Origin: an uncultured Candidatus Rokubacteria bacterium | GTDB taxonomy: Bacteria > Methylomirabilota > Methylomirabilia > Rokubacteriales > DASRDR01 | Length of the DNA stretch: 64,000 bases | Direction of reading: 5' to 3' | NCBI GenBank assembly: GCA_963708025.1 | Contig: CAVPSB010000026.1 | Coordinates: 13,971-77,970, forward strand | In this document: in pieces, positions 40,367 to 49,869 of the stretch | How the letters are laid out: every line of letters starts with the position of its first letter | Position numbering within the stretch: position 1 is the stretch's first letter | Notes under the pieces: generated by a model | Told to the model about the DNA's origin: nothing | The model's input: the letters and a program-made list of their open reading frames with translations, nothing else | Database searches by the model: none | Position numbers and translations under genes: made by a program

Positions 40367-40454
40367 CGGGGGGGTCTCGGAAGACCCCCCCGATGCCCCC
40401 CTCGGAAGCCGCGGCGAAGCCGCGGCTCGAAGTGGAACGCCGGGGCCGCGTGGC
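40367..40454 (+). repeat. Intergenic repeat family B, copy 2
   Basis: GGGGGGGTCTCGGAAGACCCCCCC..GCCGCGGCGAAGCCGCGGC. Confidence 0.8.
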
Positions 40455-40503
40455 CAGAGCCAGAGGGTTGCGAGAAGCCGACGGGCGGTGGGAATCGAAG
40501 CCG

Positions 40504-40620
40504 GAGAGCACGGGAAGGAATGAGGTGCTCCGGCTCCCCCCTCCCCCCCGGCCACAGGCCGAAGGCCGTCCAACGGTGGGGGAGGGGGGCTGGGGGGGTG
40601 GGCGGGAGGTCCCGATCTGA
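40504..40620 (+). repeat. Repeat family A copy
   Basis: GAGAGC..GCTCCGGCTCCCCCCTCCCCC..GGCCGAAGGCC..GGGGCTGGGGGGGTGGGCGGGAGGTCCCGA. Confidence 0.8.
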
Positions 40621-40634
40621 GCGGGCATCGCGCG

Positions 40635-43264
40635 ATGTCCGAGCTGATCCTGCGGGGCGCGCGGCTGACGGACTGCGCCGAGCCCCGCGACGTCGCGATC
40701 GCCGCAGGCCGGATCGCGGCGGTCGCGCCGACCTCGAGGGCCGCGCACCGCGCTGAGCTGGCTCCTGGACGGGCGGCTCCTGCTCCCGGGCTTCGTCGAC
40801 GGCCACGTGGCGCTCGGCTTCGGCGGCGGGCTCGACCGGCTCGCTGCCGACGCGCGGGCGTGGCTGGACGCGGCGATCCGCCACGGGACCACGGCCCTGC
40901 GGCTCGCGCTGCCGGTGGCGCCCGCGAGCGGCTTCGAGCCGCTGCAGATGCTCGCCCGCCTCCGCGCCGAGTACGCCGATCGCGTGACCGTGCAGGTCGC
41001 CGCGTGGCCGGACCTGGCCGCCGTCGGGACGGACGGTGCGTGGCTCCGGGACGCGCGCGAGGCCGGCGCCGACGCGCTCGGCGCCGCGGTCCGGCGGGAC
41101 GACCTCGACGCTCCCGGCCTCGCCGCGCTGCTCCGGATCGGCCGCGACGTGGACGCACCCCTCGACCTCGCCGTGGACGCGGCGCTGCCCCCCGGGCGCA
41201 TCGGGCTCGATGCGCTGGCGCTGCCCGGCCTCCTCGCCCGCCTGGACGCCGCCGGCCTCGCGCGGCGCGTGCGGGTGCTTCACGCGACCGCGATCGCCGC
41301 GGTCCACCGGGACGAGCTGGCGCCGCTCCTCGCCGGGCTGGCCGACCGGGGGATCGCCGTCGTCGTCTGCCCCTCCGCCGCGCTGCGGGCCGGCGGCCGC
41401 GCCGATCCCGTGGCCGCGCGCCGGGGCGTGCCGCGTCTCCGCGAGCTGCTGGCGGCCGGCGTCGACGTGGTCCTGGGCTCGGGCGGCCCCGCGCCCGGCG
41501 GCTCGCCGCTCGGCTCGGCCGACCTCCTCCAGGCGGCCTGGCTCGCGGCGTACGCGGCGCACCTCGGCGTGCCGCGGGCGCTCGAGCGCGCCCGCGCGAT
41601 GGTCACGGACGCGGCGGCGCGCTCGCTCGGCCTGGCGGCGGGGTACGGGCTGGCGCCCGGCTGCCGGGCGGACCTCGTCGTCCTCGACGCGCCCTCGTTC
41701 GCCCGCGCCGTCGTCGATCACGCCGAGAAGCGCCACGTGCTGAAGGCGGGGCGGGCAGTCCATGGCACCGTGCGCGTCAGCGAGGTCATCGCGCTGGCCG
41801 CCCCGCCCGGCGGGCTGACCATCCGCCAGGCGGCGCTTCCCGGCCGACCCGGGCGCCACGACGTGCTCGTCGCCGCCGGCGTCATCCGGGCGATCGTGCC
41901 CCACGCCGTCGAGGCGGTGGGGGAGGAGATCCCGGCCGCCGGGCGGCTCGTCGTCCCGGCCTTCGTCGAGGCCCACCTCCACGTCGACAAGGCGTTCGTC
42001 ATGGACGGCCTCCGCCTCGGCGAGGCGAACCTGACCGTGGCCGAGGCCGTGGCGGCGATGCGGGGGGCCAAGGCCGACTACACGCGGGAGAGCCTGCTGG
42101 CCCGCGGCGGGCTGGTCCTCGAGCGCGCGCTCCGACACGGGGTCACCGCGCTCCGCGCCCAGTGCGACGTGGACCCGCTGATCGGGCTCCTGGCCCTGGA
42201 GGCGCTGGTCGAGCTGCGGCGCGAGTGGGCCGACCGCGTGGATCTCCAGATCGTGGCCTTCCCCCAGGAGGGCCTGGTCGGGGATCCCGCGGCGGTGCGC
42301 GCTGATGCGCGAGGCGTTGAGGAAGGGGGCCGACGTCGCCGGCGGCGGCCCGCTCGATCCCGACTACCGGGCCCACGTCGCCCAGGTCTTCGCGCTCGCG
42401 CGCGAGGCGGGGGCCGCCGTCGACATCCACGCCGACCTCGCGATCGACGGGCTCCGGCCGCCGGCCGAGTGGGAGGCGACGCTCATCGCCGAGATGACGC
42501 GGGCGGCCGGCCTCCAGGGTCGCGTGGCCATCGGCCACTTCGCCGCCGCCGGGGCGGTGCCGTGGGAGGCGGTGGCGCCGGTGGCCCGCAAGCTCGCGGA
42601 GGCCGGCGTGTCGGTGGCGGCGCTCCCGGCGAGCGAGCTCTACCGCCAGGGGCTCGCCGATCCGGTCAACAGCCGGCGCGGGATGACGCGGATCCGCGAG
42701 CTGCTCGCCGCCGGCCTCAACGTCGTGATCGCCTCGAACAACGTCCGCGACGCCTTCGTGACCTTAGGCAACGCGGATCTGCTCGAGCAGGCGCTGCTCG
42801 CCGCCCACGCCGCCTTTCTCGACACCGAGGCCGAGCTGACGACCGTCCTCGAGATGGTCACCACGCGGCCGGCCCGCCTCCTGGGGCTCCACCACCGGAG
42901 CGAGGTGGCGGTCGGCCAGCAGGCCGACCTCGTCGTGCTCGACGCCGCCTCGCCGGCGGAGGCGATCGCCCGCCAGGCCGAGAAGCTCTACGTCATCCGC
43001 CGGGGCCGGGTCGCCGCCCGCAACCCGTGGTGCGACATGACGGCCCGTGCCGTGAACTTCCACCGATTCGCGGAACGTCAGAATACCTGGTTCGTCGTTT
43101 GCGTCGTCCTGGCGACGATCATCGTCCTGCACGCCTTCCACTACGACTACAGCGACGCGTACGTGCACTCGGCAGCTCGACGAACATCCGGCGATCTTGG
43201 TGGAAGGGGGAAAGCCGAGATGGGTGGTGAGGGCCAGGCGGAGCCGGCCGTCCCCGCCTGCTGA
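40635..43264 (+). CDS. Tandem two-domain cytosine-deaminase-like amidohydrolase with frameshifts at ~40750 and ~42300
   Basis: MSELILRGARL; LDGRLLLPGFVDGH; second domain PAFVEAHLHVDK, QIVAFPQEG, DIHAD, ADLVVLDA. Family-like sequence ends near 43025. Confidence 0.78.
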
Positions 43265-43297
43265 TATACCCGGACGGCGCCTCACGCTTGGAGGCCG

Positions 43298-43607
43298 TAC
43301 GAGGACGACGGCGGACGAACGCCTCCCTTCGGGGTCACCACGGGCTGACGGCCTTCGAGTGTGCGCCCGACCCCACGGGGGTCACGGTGCGGATCGGCGA
43401 GCCGGTGAGCGACCGGTCGGCGGTGCCGGCCGGCTGCCGCCACCGGATCCGGCTTCGGACCGACCCGCCAGCGGCCCTGATCCTCCACGGCCACGGTCTG
43501 CCGCCGCGGCTGGGGGCTCCAGCGCGAAGAAGCCGGGCTGGTGGGCGGATGGCCCGGGCTTCCCCCGCCAGCCGTGCGCCACGCTCACCGTGCGGCGCGC
43601 GGTCTGA
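43298..43607 (+). pseudogene. Decayed C-terminal fragment of a GH31-like glycoside hydrolase
   Basis: YEDDG followed across frameshifts by RTNA..GHHGLT.FEC..GVTVRIGEP and PGWWADG. Confidence 0.45.
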
Positions 43608-43642
43608 GGGAAGGGACGTGCCCCACCGGCCATTCGCGGGCG

Positions 43643-45229
43643 CTAGGCCCCGCCGTCGCAGGGATAGTTACAGGTCGGGGGCGGGGGTGGCGGCGGCTCT
43701 TCGTATGTGCAGGCGGTCCAGCCCACGGCGACGCCGTCCGGCTCGGAGCCGAGCCGGCCCCGGAAGACGAGGAGACAGTACTCGCGGTTGATCCAGTGGT
43801 CCGCGCCGCAGGGTTGCTGGTTCGTGCACGGCCAGGGTCCCGCCTTGGGAAGGACGTAGGCCTCGGTGCTGATGCTGCTCGCCGGCGCGTTGACGGCGAA
43901 TCCCCCGAGTTGGCGCCGGTCATCGTCGCGGACCGCGTAAACGGTCAACTGACCCTGCATCCCTTCGGGCAGCGGGTTGACGATGTTGAAGGCCTCCGGG
44001 AGCCCGGACGTCCAGAAATACGCGCGGAAGAAGTACTGGAGCAGGGCCGCCGAGTAGCCGACCGCCCGCGGCAGGAGCCGCTCCGCGTAGTCCCCCCAGA
44101 CCTTCTCATCGAGGGCCGCCGTGTCGTGGGCTCGGCCAGGATCGATCGGGTACTGGATGTAGTAGTCGCGCAGGAAGCCGACGGTCGCCAGGCGGTAGCC
44201 GGTATCGCCATTGGCGATCTTCTGGTAATACTTGCGCTTGACGACCTCGCCCGAGGGCAGTGGGATGTTGTAAACCGTCTCGACGGCGCTCGAGCGTGAC
44301 GGGTGCACGAAGGGCCGGAACAGCGAGCCCGTCAGGCTCGTCCACCGCGAGTCCTCGCTGAAGAAGTTGGCATTCGTGTACTCCGCGAGGCCGATCAGCG
44401 GCTCCGCGGTGACGGCGGGGTTGACGCCGGTGTAGGCGTCCGTGCTCCGGTACCTGTCGGTGTCGATCAGGCGCGCGACCGCGGCGGGCGCCTGAGGATC
44501 GGACGGGAGCGCCGACCACGCCGGGTCCGGCCAGATCGGTCCGGTTGGCGGCGCGAGGGGCTCCAGCTCCCTTTTCCCTGCGAGCCACCCCTCGAACTTC
44601 GGCTCTTCGACGCGCTGGATTCCGAGGATGAACTTCTCGTAGTTGCCGCCGACCATCGAATTCGCATTGGAGATGGGGAATGGATGGGGATCGTTGCGCG
44701 TGTGGGCCGGGGAGGCCGCGTCCTGGACTAGGTGCATCTGCTGGCCGAGCGCCCGCAGCATCTTCGTGAGGGCCTGATCGCGCTCGCCCAGCGATGGCTT
44801 CGTGAGCGCGTCGTAGAGGTGCTGGCGTGCGTGGCCCCAAGACCACCCCTGATCTGGACCCGGATTCTGGCCCCAGAGGATCGAGGACTGGCCGAACTGG
44901 AGCAATCCCGCCACGGTCCAGAAGGCCAGCGGGTTGTGGAAATGGTTGAGCGGACGATTCAAGCGGTCTTCCAGGTTGGCACCAAGCCGGATCCATTCAA
45001 CGACCGTCTTGCCTTCGACGACAGTGTCCGGGCCAAGCGCAAAGCCCATATTCGCCGAGCCCATCTCGATGACGGAGTAGGGAGCATACCCCGGGAATGG
45101 GGTGCGGGCTGCGACCTCGCTGACGCGCTCGTGCGTCAGCTCCTCGTACGCGGTCACGGTAGCCGGCGCGGCGCTCTCATACACCGTCAGCACGAGAAGA
45201 GACGCGAGCAAAGAGTTCCAGCGGATCAT
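43643..45229 (-). CDS. Secreted Zn-dependent phospholipase C / S1-P1 nuclease-fold protein
   Basis: Signal peptide then AYEELTH, GANLED, NHFHNP, LGQQMHLVQDAASPAH, YE; Cys/Pro-rich tail. Confidence 0.72.
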   Translation of the reverse strand: MIRWNSLLASLLVLTVYESAAPATVTAYEELTHERVSEVAARTPFPGYAPYSVIEMGSANMGFALGPDTVVEGKTVVEWIRLGANLEDRLNRPLNHFHNPLAFWTVAGLLQFGQSSILWGQNPGPDQGWSWGHARQHLYDALTKPSLGERDQALTKMLRALGQQMHLVQDAASPAHTRNDPHPFPISNANSMVGGNYEKFILGIQRVEEPKFEGWLAGKRELEPLAPPTGPIWPDPAWSALPSDPQAPAAVARLIDTDRYRSTDAYTGVNPAVTAEPLIGLAEYTNANFFSEDSRWTSLTGSLFRPFVHPSRSSAVETVYNIPLPSGEVVKRKYYQKIANGDTGYRLATVGFLRDYYIQYPIDPGRAHDTAALDEKVWGDYAERLLPRAVGYSAALLQYFFRAYFWTSGLPEAFNIVNPLPEGMQGQLTVYAVRDDDRRQLGGFAVNAPASSISTEAYVLPKAGPWPCTNQQPCGADHWINREYCLLVFRGRLGSEPDGVAVGWTACTYEEPPPPPPPTCNYPCDGGA

Positions 45230-45798
45230 CGCCGCTTCTCCTTTGGCTCGGGATAGAGATTGAGCCCACGCATCCGGCGCTCTTCGTTGATCAACCGCAT
45301 CAGGTGAGGCAGCTCCCAGAACGGGTCGTCTGACAGGCTGTAGGGCGACACCCCGCCGACAACCTCTCGCTCTCTCCAACTCTTCAGCTTCCTTAGCGCC
45401 ACCGTCGCTCCCGGCCCCTCGAACTTCGGGTACGCTCGCTCAAATCGCTCGTAGCCCGGGACGAAGATCACGAACAGGGGCCGCTGGGTCCGCGCGGGGG
45501 CCCGCTCCTCCACGTCCCGGGCGTCGAGGACGAAGCTGCCATCCTCCCCAGTCAGCACCTCCCGGGCCCGGTATTTGACCGTGTTCGAATGGAGGGGGTA
45601 CACGATCTCGCGCCACCAAACCGCCACGACGGCCGCGCCGACCAGCGGGGCCTGGGTGTCCGCGTCCAGGACCCGCCCGCGATACGGGCCTCGGGGTTCC
45701 TCCAGATACAGACCGTAGGGGTCGGACTGGCCCAGGGCGACCCCCGGCAGGACGGTCAGGAACAGCCCGAGCAGCGCCCCCGCCCAGGCGAGCCTCAC
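45226..45798 (-). CDS. Exported carboxypeptidase-regulatory-like domain protein (paralog 1)
   Basis: Signal peptide; GPYRGRVLDADTQAPLVGAAVVAVW..EVLTGEDGSF..IFVPGY. Confidence 0.8.
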   Translation of the reverse strand: MRLAWAGALLGLFLTVLPGVALGQSDPYGLYLEEPRGPYRGRVLDADTQAPLVGAAVVAVWWREIVYPLHSNTVKYRAREVLTGEDGSFVLDARDVEERAPARTQRPLFVIFVPGYERFERAYPKFEGPGATVALRKLKSWREREVVGGVSPYSLSDDPFWELPHLMRLINEERRMRGLNLYPEPKEKRR

Positions 45799-46370
45799 GG
45801 CTGCGTCCCCGAGGGGTCCGGCTTCTTCGGCATGCCCGGCACCCAGCCGCCCAGCTCGCGGACCAGGTAGACCAGTTCCTCCCGCCAGAGCCGCTGGGTC
45901 TGGTCCAGTGTCCCGCCCCCCAGATCGCCCTGGAGTCGCTTGGTCTGGGCGACGAAGGAGTTGTACGCCTCGCTCCGCTCCTCGAGGTCTCGCACCGGCT
46001 TCAGCGCGATCACCCCGCGCCGCGCCTCGAGCGACGCGACCGGGATGCCGAACTCCGGGGCCGACCTCTCCCGCGGCACCGTCACGTAGCCCGGCTTGTA
46101 GACGATCAGCCCCGGCCGGAGGGCCGTCGGCGGCGCGGCCGCCTCGATCGCCCCCGCCTCCACCCGGAACGCCCCCGTCGCGTCCGTCAGCAGCTCACGC
46201 AGGGCGTACAGCACCTCCCCGCCCTGGCTGGGCACGATCGCCTCCCACCCCACCAGGACCAGCGCGCCCTCGATCGGGCGCTCCGTCAGCAGCTCCACCA
46301 CCCGCCCCTGGTAGACCTTCGCCGGCGCCGCTTGCTGGCCCGCGGCCGCCCCGGCCAGGGCCAGGAGCAC
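45795..46370 (-). CDS. Exported carboxypeptidase-regulatory-like domain protein (paralog 2)
   Basis: YQGRVVELLTERPIEGALVLVGW..ELLTDATGAF..VYKPGY. Confidence 0.78.
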   Translation of the reverse strand: MLLALAGAAAGQQAAPAKVYQGRVVELLTERPIEGALVLVGWEAIVPSQGGEVLYALRELLTDATGAFRVEAGAIEAAAPPTALRPGLIVYKPGYVTVPRERSAPEFGIPVASLEARRGVIALKPVRDLEERSEAYNSFVAQTKRLQGDLGGGTLDQTQRLWREELVYLVRELGGWVPGMPKKPDPSGTQP

Positions 46371-46431
46371 GGCGAGCCCGACCGCGCCGGGTCCCCACCG
46401 CCCCGGCTTCCAACGAGCCGCGGGCGGGCGC

Positions 46432-47031
46432 TCAGAAGGCGAAGAGCCGCCAGGCTCCGAAGCGTGACGGCCGACTTGTTGAATCGTAGTACGCCCGCAG
46501 CCCGACCGCGTTCGAGTGGCCCCCGCTGTCCGCGACTTTCGCGAGGAGCTTGAGCGACAGAACGTCCCCCGGGTTGAATGTCGCGTCAGACACTGCGCCC
46601 ACCGTCACCAGGATTTCCTTGGCCAGATCTGGGTTCCGGGTGACGCCTTGGATGGTCTTCGTCTCCCCCGAGGCGATCACCGTCCCGTTCTTGCGGACCT
46701 CGGCCCGCACGTCGAAGTACGTGCCCTGATCGTCGCTGTTCTTCAAGCCCACCCAGACGTGCACGGCGCTCAGTGAGGCGAGCTGCACGGTCGAGCTCGC
46801 CGCCGCCGCGGACCACGTCCCGATCGGCTGGTAGGTCGTCCGGTTGACGGCCGGAGAGTCCTTGAACTTCGCAGTCGTCCCCGTCGGACTCGTCCCATCC
46901 AGGTTGTCTGCCTGGGTGGTATGCAGGAAGTAGTCAGTTGCCGCGGCGGACCGAGCGCCGATGAGCGCCGTCAACGCGAGCACGCCGAGGGCGGAGATGA
47001 CCAACCGGCGGGATGGGAGACAGGCCGACAT
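46432..47031 (-). CDS. Secreted beta-rich protein, possibly the truncated N-terminus of a larger surface protein
   Basis: Signal peptide; WVGLKNSDDQGTYFD, GVTRNP, GHSNAVGLR; abrupt end. Confidence 0.6.
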   Translation of the reverse strand: MSACLPSRRLVISALGVLALTALIGARSAAATDYFLHTTQADNLDGTSPTGTTAKFKDSPAVNRTTYQPIGTWSAAAASSTVQLASLSAVHVWVGLKNSDDQGTYFDVRAEVRKNGTVIASGETKTIQGVTRNPDLAKEILVTVGAVSDATFNPGDVLSLKLLAKVADSGGHSNAVGLRAYYDSTSRPSRFGAWRLFAF

Positions 47032-47238
47032 ATAGCCCTCCCCAGCTTCTGATTGATCCGCTCGAAGTGGACGGGATGCTAGCAAGCGTGACCAATCCTG
47101 TCAAGCAATTTCAAGTGGATTTCAAGTAGATCAGTGTATCGAAACGGATACTCCGCGTCGATCATCACGGACTACTTCGAACGTGGAGCCGGGCGAAGAC
47201 GAGCAGATCCAGCGGGGAATCACGTGTGGTCACCACAC

Positions 47239-47958
47239 GTGTCTCGAGGGGACCACATCTTTGGCCGCTGGAGGGTGGTTCGTGGCGCCGGACTGATGGT
47301 CCTGATCGTGCTCGGCTCCGCCGCTCCGATCCGGGCTCAGACCCTCGCCTCTGGCGCCGAGATCCGCGGCTGGGTCGTCAACGCCGAGACCAGGCAGCCC
47401 CTCGAAGGAGTCCACGTCGTCGCCCTCACGTCCTACTGGACGCTCGTCTCTCCACTTCAAATGCATGAAGGCGAGCACACGACGCTTCACATCAGCGAGG
47501 CGGTCACCGGGACGAGCGGCGAGTACTACATCCCGGCGTGGGGGCCCAAGCTGCGGCCGATCAACGCCTTCCTGGACGATCTCAGCCCGCGGCTGACGTA
47601 CTTCAGGCCGGGATACCGGCTGCTCGGCCGCAGTAATTCTGGTGCTCCCGACACGAGCCTTTCGCGAACCTCGACGTGGTCCGGCCACACGATGGAGCTC
47701 GAGCCGTTTCGCGGCACGCCGGAAGAGTGCGCTCGGAGTCTCCGAGGCCTTCAAGGCAGTCTCGGGTGGCGTGATGAAGGCGGCGCCATCTCCCTGTTCA
47801 GGAGCGATCACTGGAAGCAGGTGCCGCGGACCGAGCTAACCATCCTGGAGGAGCGGCGTCAGCTGCCGGCGCGGGTGAGGCCGGGGGTCCTGGATGTCAA
47901 CGCGGCGACCGAGGCCGAGATGCGAAAGCGTGTGGGCCAAGGAGCTTCTTCCCGATGA
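47239..47958 (+). CDS. Exported carboxypeptidase-regulatory-like domain protein (paralog 3; start uncertain)
   Basis: IRGWVVNAETRQPLEGVHVVA..EAVTGTSGEYYIPAWGP..YFRPGY. Confidence 0.72.
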   Translation: MSRGDHIFGRWRVVRGAGLMVLIVLGSAAPIRAQTLASGAEIRGWVVNAETRQPLEGVHVVALTSYWTLVSPLQMHEGEHTTLHISEAVTGTSGEYYIPAWGPKLRPINAFLDDLSPRLTYFRPGYRLLGRSNSGAPDTSLSRTSTWSGHTMELEPFRGTPEECARSLRGLQGSLGWRDEGGAISLFRSDHWKQVPRTELTILEERRQLPARVRPGVLDVNAATEAEMRKRVGQGASSR

Positions 47959-47959
47959 G

Positions 47960-48073
47960 AAGGAACCGCGTCAGCCCGGCCCACAGCCCTGGCATGTAGG
48001 TGATCGCCTTGCCGAGACTGCTCTCGGGCAGGACCCGTTGCGCCAGGGCCCGGGCGCGGATCTCGCCGCCCAT
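47960..48073 (-). pseudogene. IS66-family transposase remnant
   Basis: Minus-strand frame reads EIRARALAQRVLPESSLGKAITYMPGLWAGLTRFL. Confidence 0.65.
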
Positions 48074-48139
48074 CCCACGGGACTGCCCACCCGTAGGCGA
48101 TTCCCGGCGCGTCGAACGACCCGGTCGAGTAGCCGGCAG

Positions 48140-49528
48140 CTACACCGGCGGCCGGCGCGTGTGCCAGTCGGTGGCCTGCTGGTACGCGTGGCCGACGCGG
48201 AGCACCGTCGCCTCGTCGAACGCGCGGCCCGCGAGCTGGAGCGACAGCGGGAGCCCGCTGGACGCGAATCCGCTCGGCAGGGCCAGAGCGGGGAGCCCGG
48301 TCACGTTGAACGGGGCGGTGTTGCTCTTCGGGAAGCCGAAATCCGGGTCGAACGCCTTCACGAACGGCGGGGCCGGGCCGAGCATCGGCGTGGTGGCGAG
48401 CACGTCCACCGTTTTCAGCACGTCGTTCATGTCCGCCCGCAGGCGGGCGCGCAGGCGCTGCGCCTGGACATACTCGCCGGCGGTGAGGAGCCCGCCCGCC
48501 TGGAACCGCTCGCGGAGCACGTCGCCGAAGAGCCCCGGGCGCTCGCGCAAGTCGCGCTCGTGGTAGGCGAACGCCTCGGCCAGCAGGATGACCATGAACG
48601 CGGGCGCGGTGTGGATGCTCGGGATCTCGACCTCGCGCACCGTCGCGCCGAGCTGGTCGAGCGTCCGCATCGACTGCTCGAACGCCGCGCCGTTTTCCGA
48701 GTCGACGCCGTCGAAGAAGTAGGCGCGCGGCACGCCGACGCGGAGGCCGCGGACCCCCTGCCCGAGCGGCGTCACGTAGTCGTCGACGGGCCGCGAGCTG
48801 CTGGCGGGATCCGCGGGGTCGTGGCCCGCCAGCACCTGCAGCAGCAGCGCGCAGTCCTCGACGGTGCGGGCCATCGGACCCGTGTGGTCGAGCGTCCACG
48901 AGAGCGTGACGACCCCGGCGCGGCTCACGCGGCCGTAGGTGGGCTTGAGGCCGGCGATGGCGCAGAACGCGGCCGGCCCCCGGATCGACCCGCCGGTGTC
49001 CGAGCCCGTCGCGCCCGCGAGCAGGCCGGCCGCCAGCGCCGCGCCCGACCCGCTCGACGAGCCGCCGGGCATGTGCTCCACGTTCCACGGGTTCCTCGCG
49101 GCCGGGTAGCGATGCCCCGGGAGCTGGATGCCCATCGCGAACTCGTGCGTGATGAGCTTGCCCATCATGACCGCGCCGGCCTGTTGGAGGCGCGTCACGC
49201 AGGTCGCGTCGGCGTCGGGCACCCAGTCGGCGAGCACGGCGGAACCGGCCGTCGTCAGCACGCCGCGCGTCGCGTAGATGTCCTTGTAGCCGACCGGGAT
49301 GCCGAGGAGCGGGCTCGCCGCCTCGCCCCGCTGCAGCTTCGCCTCCGCCGCCTGCGCCTCGGCGAGCGCGCGCTCGGCCGTGAGGGTGACGAAGCAGTGG
49401 AGGGTCGGCTCCAGGCGCTCGATGCGCGCGAGGAGCGTCCGGACCAGCTCGACGGGGGAGACCTCCTTGCGCCGGAACAGCCGGCCGAGCTCGGCGATGC
49501 CGGCGTAGGCGAGCGCCTCGGCGTTCAT
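48140..49528 (-). CDS. Amidase signature family (GatA/AtzE-like)
   Basis: KD, GGSSSGSG, GSDTGGSIR. Confidence 0.93.
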   Translation of the reverse strand: MNAEALAYAGIAELGRLFRRKEVSPVELVRTLLARIERLEPTLHCFVTLTAERALAEAQAAEAKLQRGEAASPLLGIPVGYKDIYATRGVLTTAGSAVLADWVPDADATCVTRLQQAGAVMMGKLITHEFAMGIQLPGHRYPAARNPWNVEHMPGGSSSGSGAALAAGLLAGATGSDTGGSIRGPAAFCAIAGLKPTYGRVSRAGVVTLSWTLDHTGPMARTVEDCALLLQVLAGHDPADPASSSRPVDDYVTPLGQGVRGLRVGVPRAYFFDGVDSENGAAFEQSMRTLDQLGATVREVEIPSIHTAPAFMVILLAEAFAYHERDLRERPGLFGDVLRERFQAGGLLTAGEYVQAQRLRARLRADMNDVLKTVDVLATTPMLGPAPPFVKAFDPDFGFPKSNTAPFNVTGLPALALPSGFASSGLPLSLQLAGRAFDEATVLRVGHAYQQATDWHTRRPPV

Positions 49529-49701
49529 GACCCGGCCTCGAAGGTGACCGCCGGCTCCAGGGTCTTCACGGCGCGGGTGTCCATCGCCTGGACGGGCGCC
49601 AGCGCGTTTTCCAGCAGCACGCGGACCATCTCGAGCCGGTTCTCGGCGATCTCGATCCCGGCCGCCTTCATCCGCGCGCGCACCTCGTCGATCGTCAGCA
49701 T
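49525..49701 (-). CDS. 58-aa GatC/AtzG-like amidase partner subunit
   Basis: AGGAGG RBS; MLTIDEVRARMKAAGIEI..EPAVTF; ATGA coupling to the amidase. Confidence 0.72.
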   Translation of the reverse strand: MLTIDEVRARMKAAGIEIAENRLEMVRVLLENALAPVQAMDTRAVKTLEPAVTFEAGS

Positions 49702-49715
49702 CGGTGGTCCTCCTG

Positions 49716-49866
49716 TTTGGAACCTCCCGCCCACCCCCCCAGCCCCCCTCCCGTCTGACGGGATCGCCGGGACGGCTCGGGCCTGCGGCCCTCGCGACGT
49801 CCCGTCCCTCCGGTGGGCACCGGGGGGAGGGGGGAGCCGGAGAACCCATTCATTCACACGCTCTCG
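49716..49866 (-). repeat. Repeat family A, long copy
   Basis: Reverse complement nearly identical to 15775-15921. Confidence 0.85.
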
Positions 49867-49869
49867 TGA

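Noticed and set aside
43038-43264. Independent membrane protein gene, or a true C-terminal extension of the amidohydrolase
   Set aside because: No RBS or recognisable family; more likely junction debris at the island edge.
47080-47097. sigma54 promoter on the minus strand (TGGTCACGCTTGCT)
   Set aside because: GG-GC spacing is 2 nt too short.
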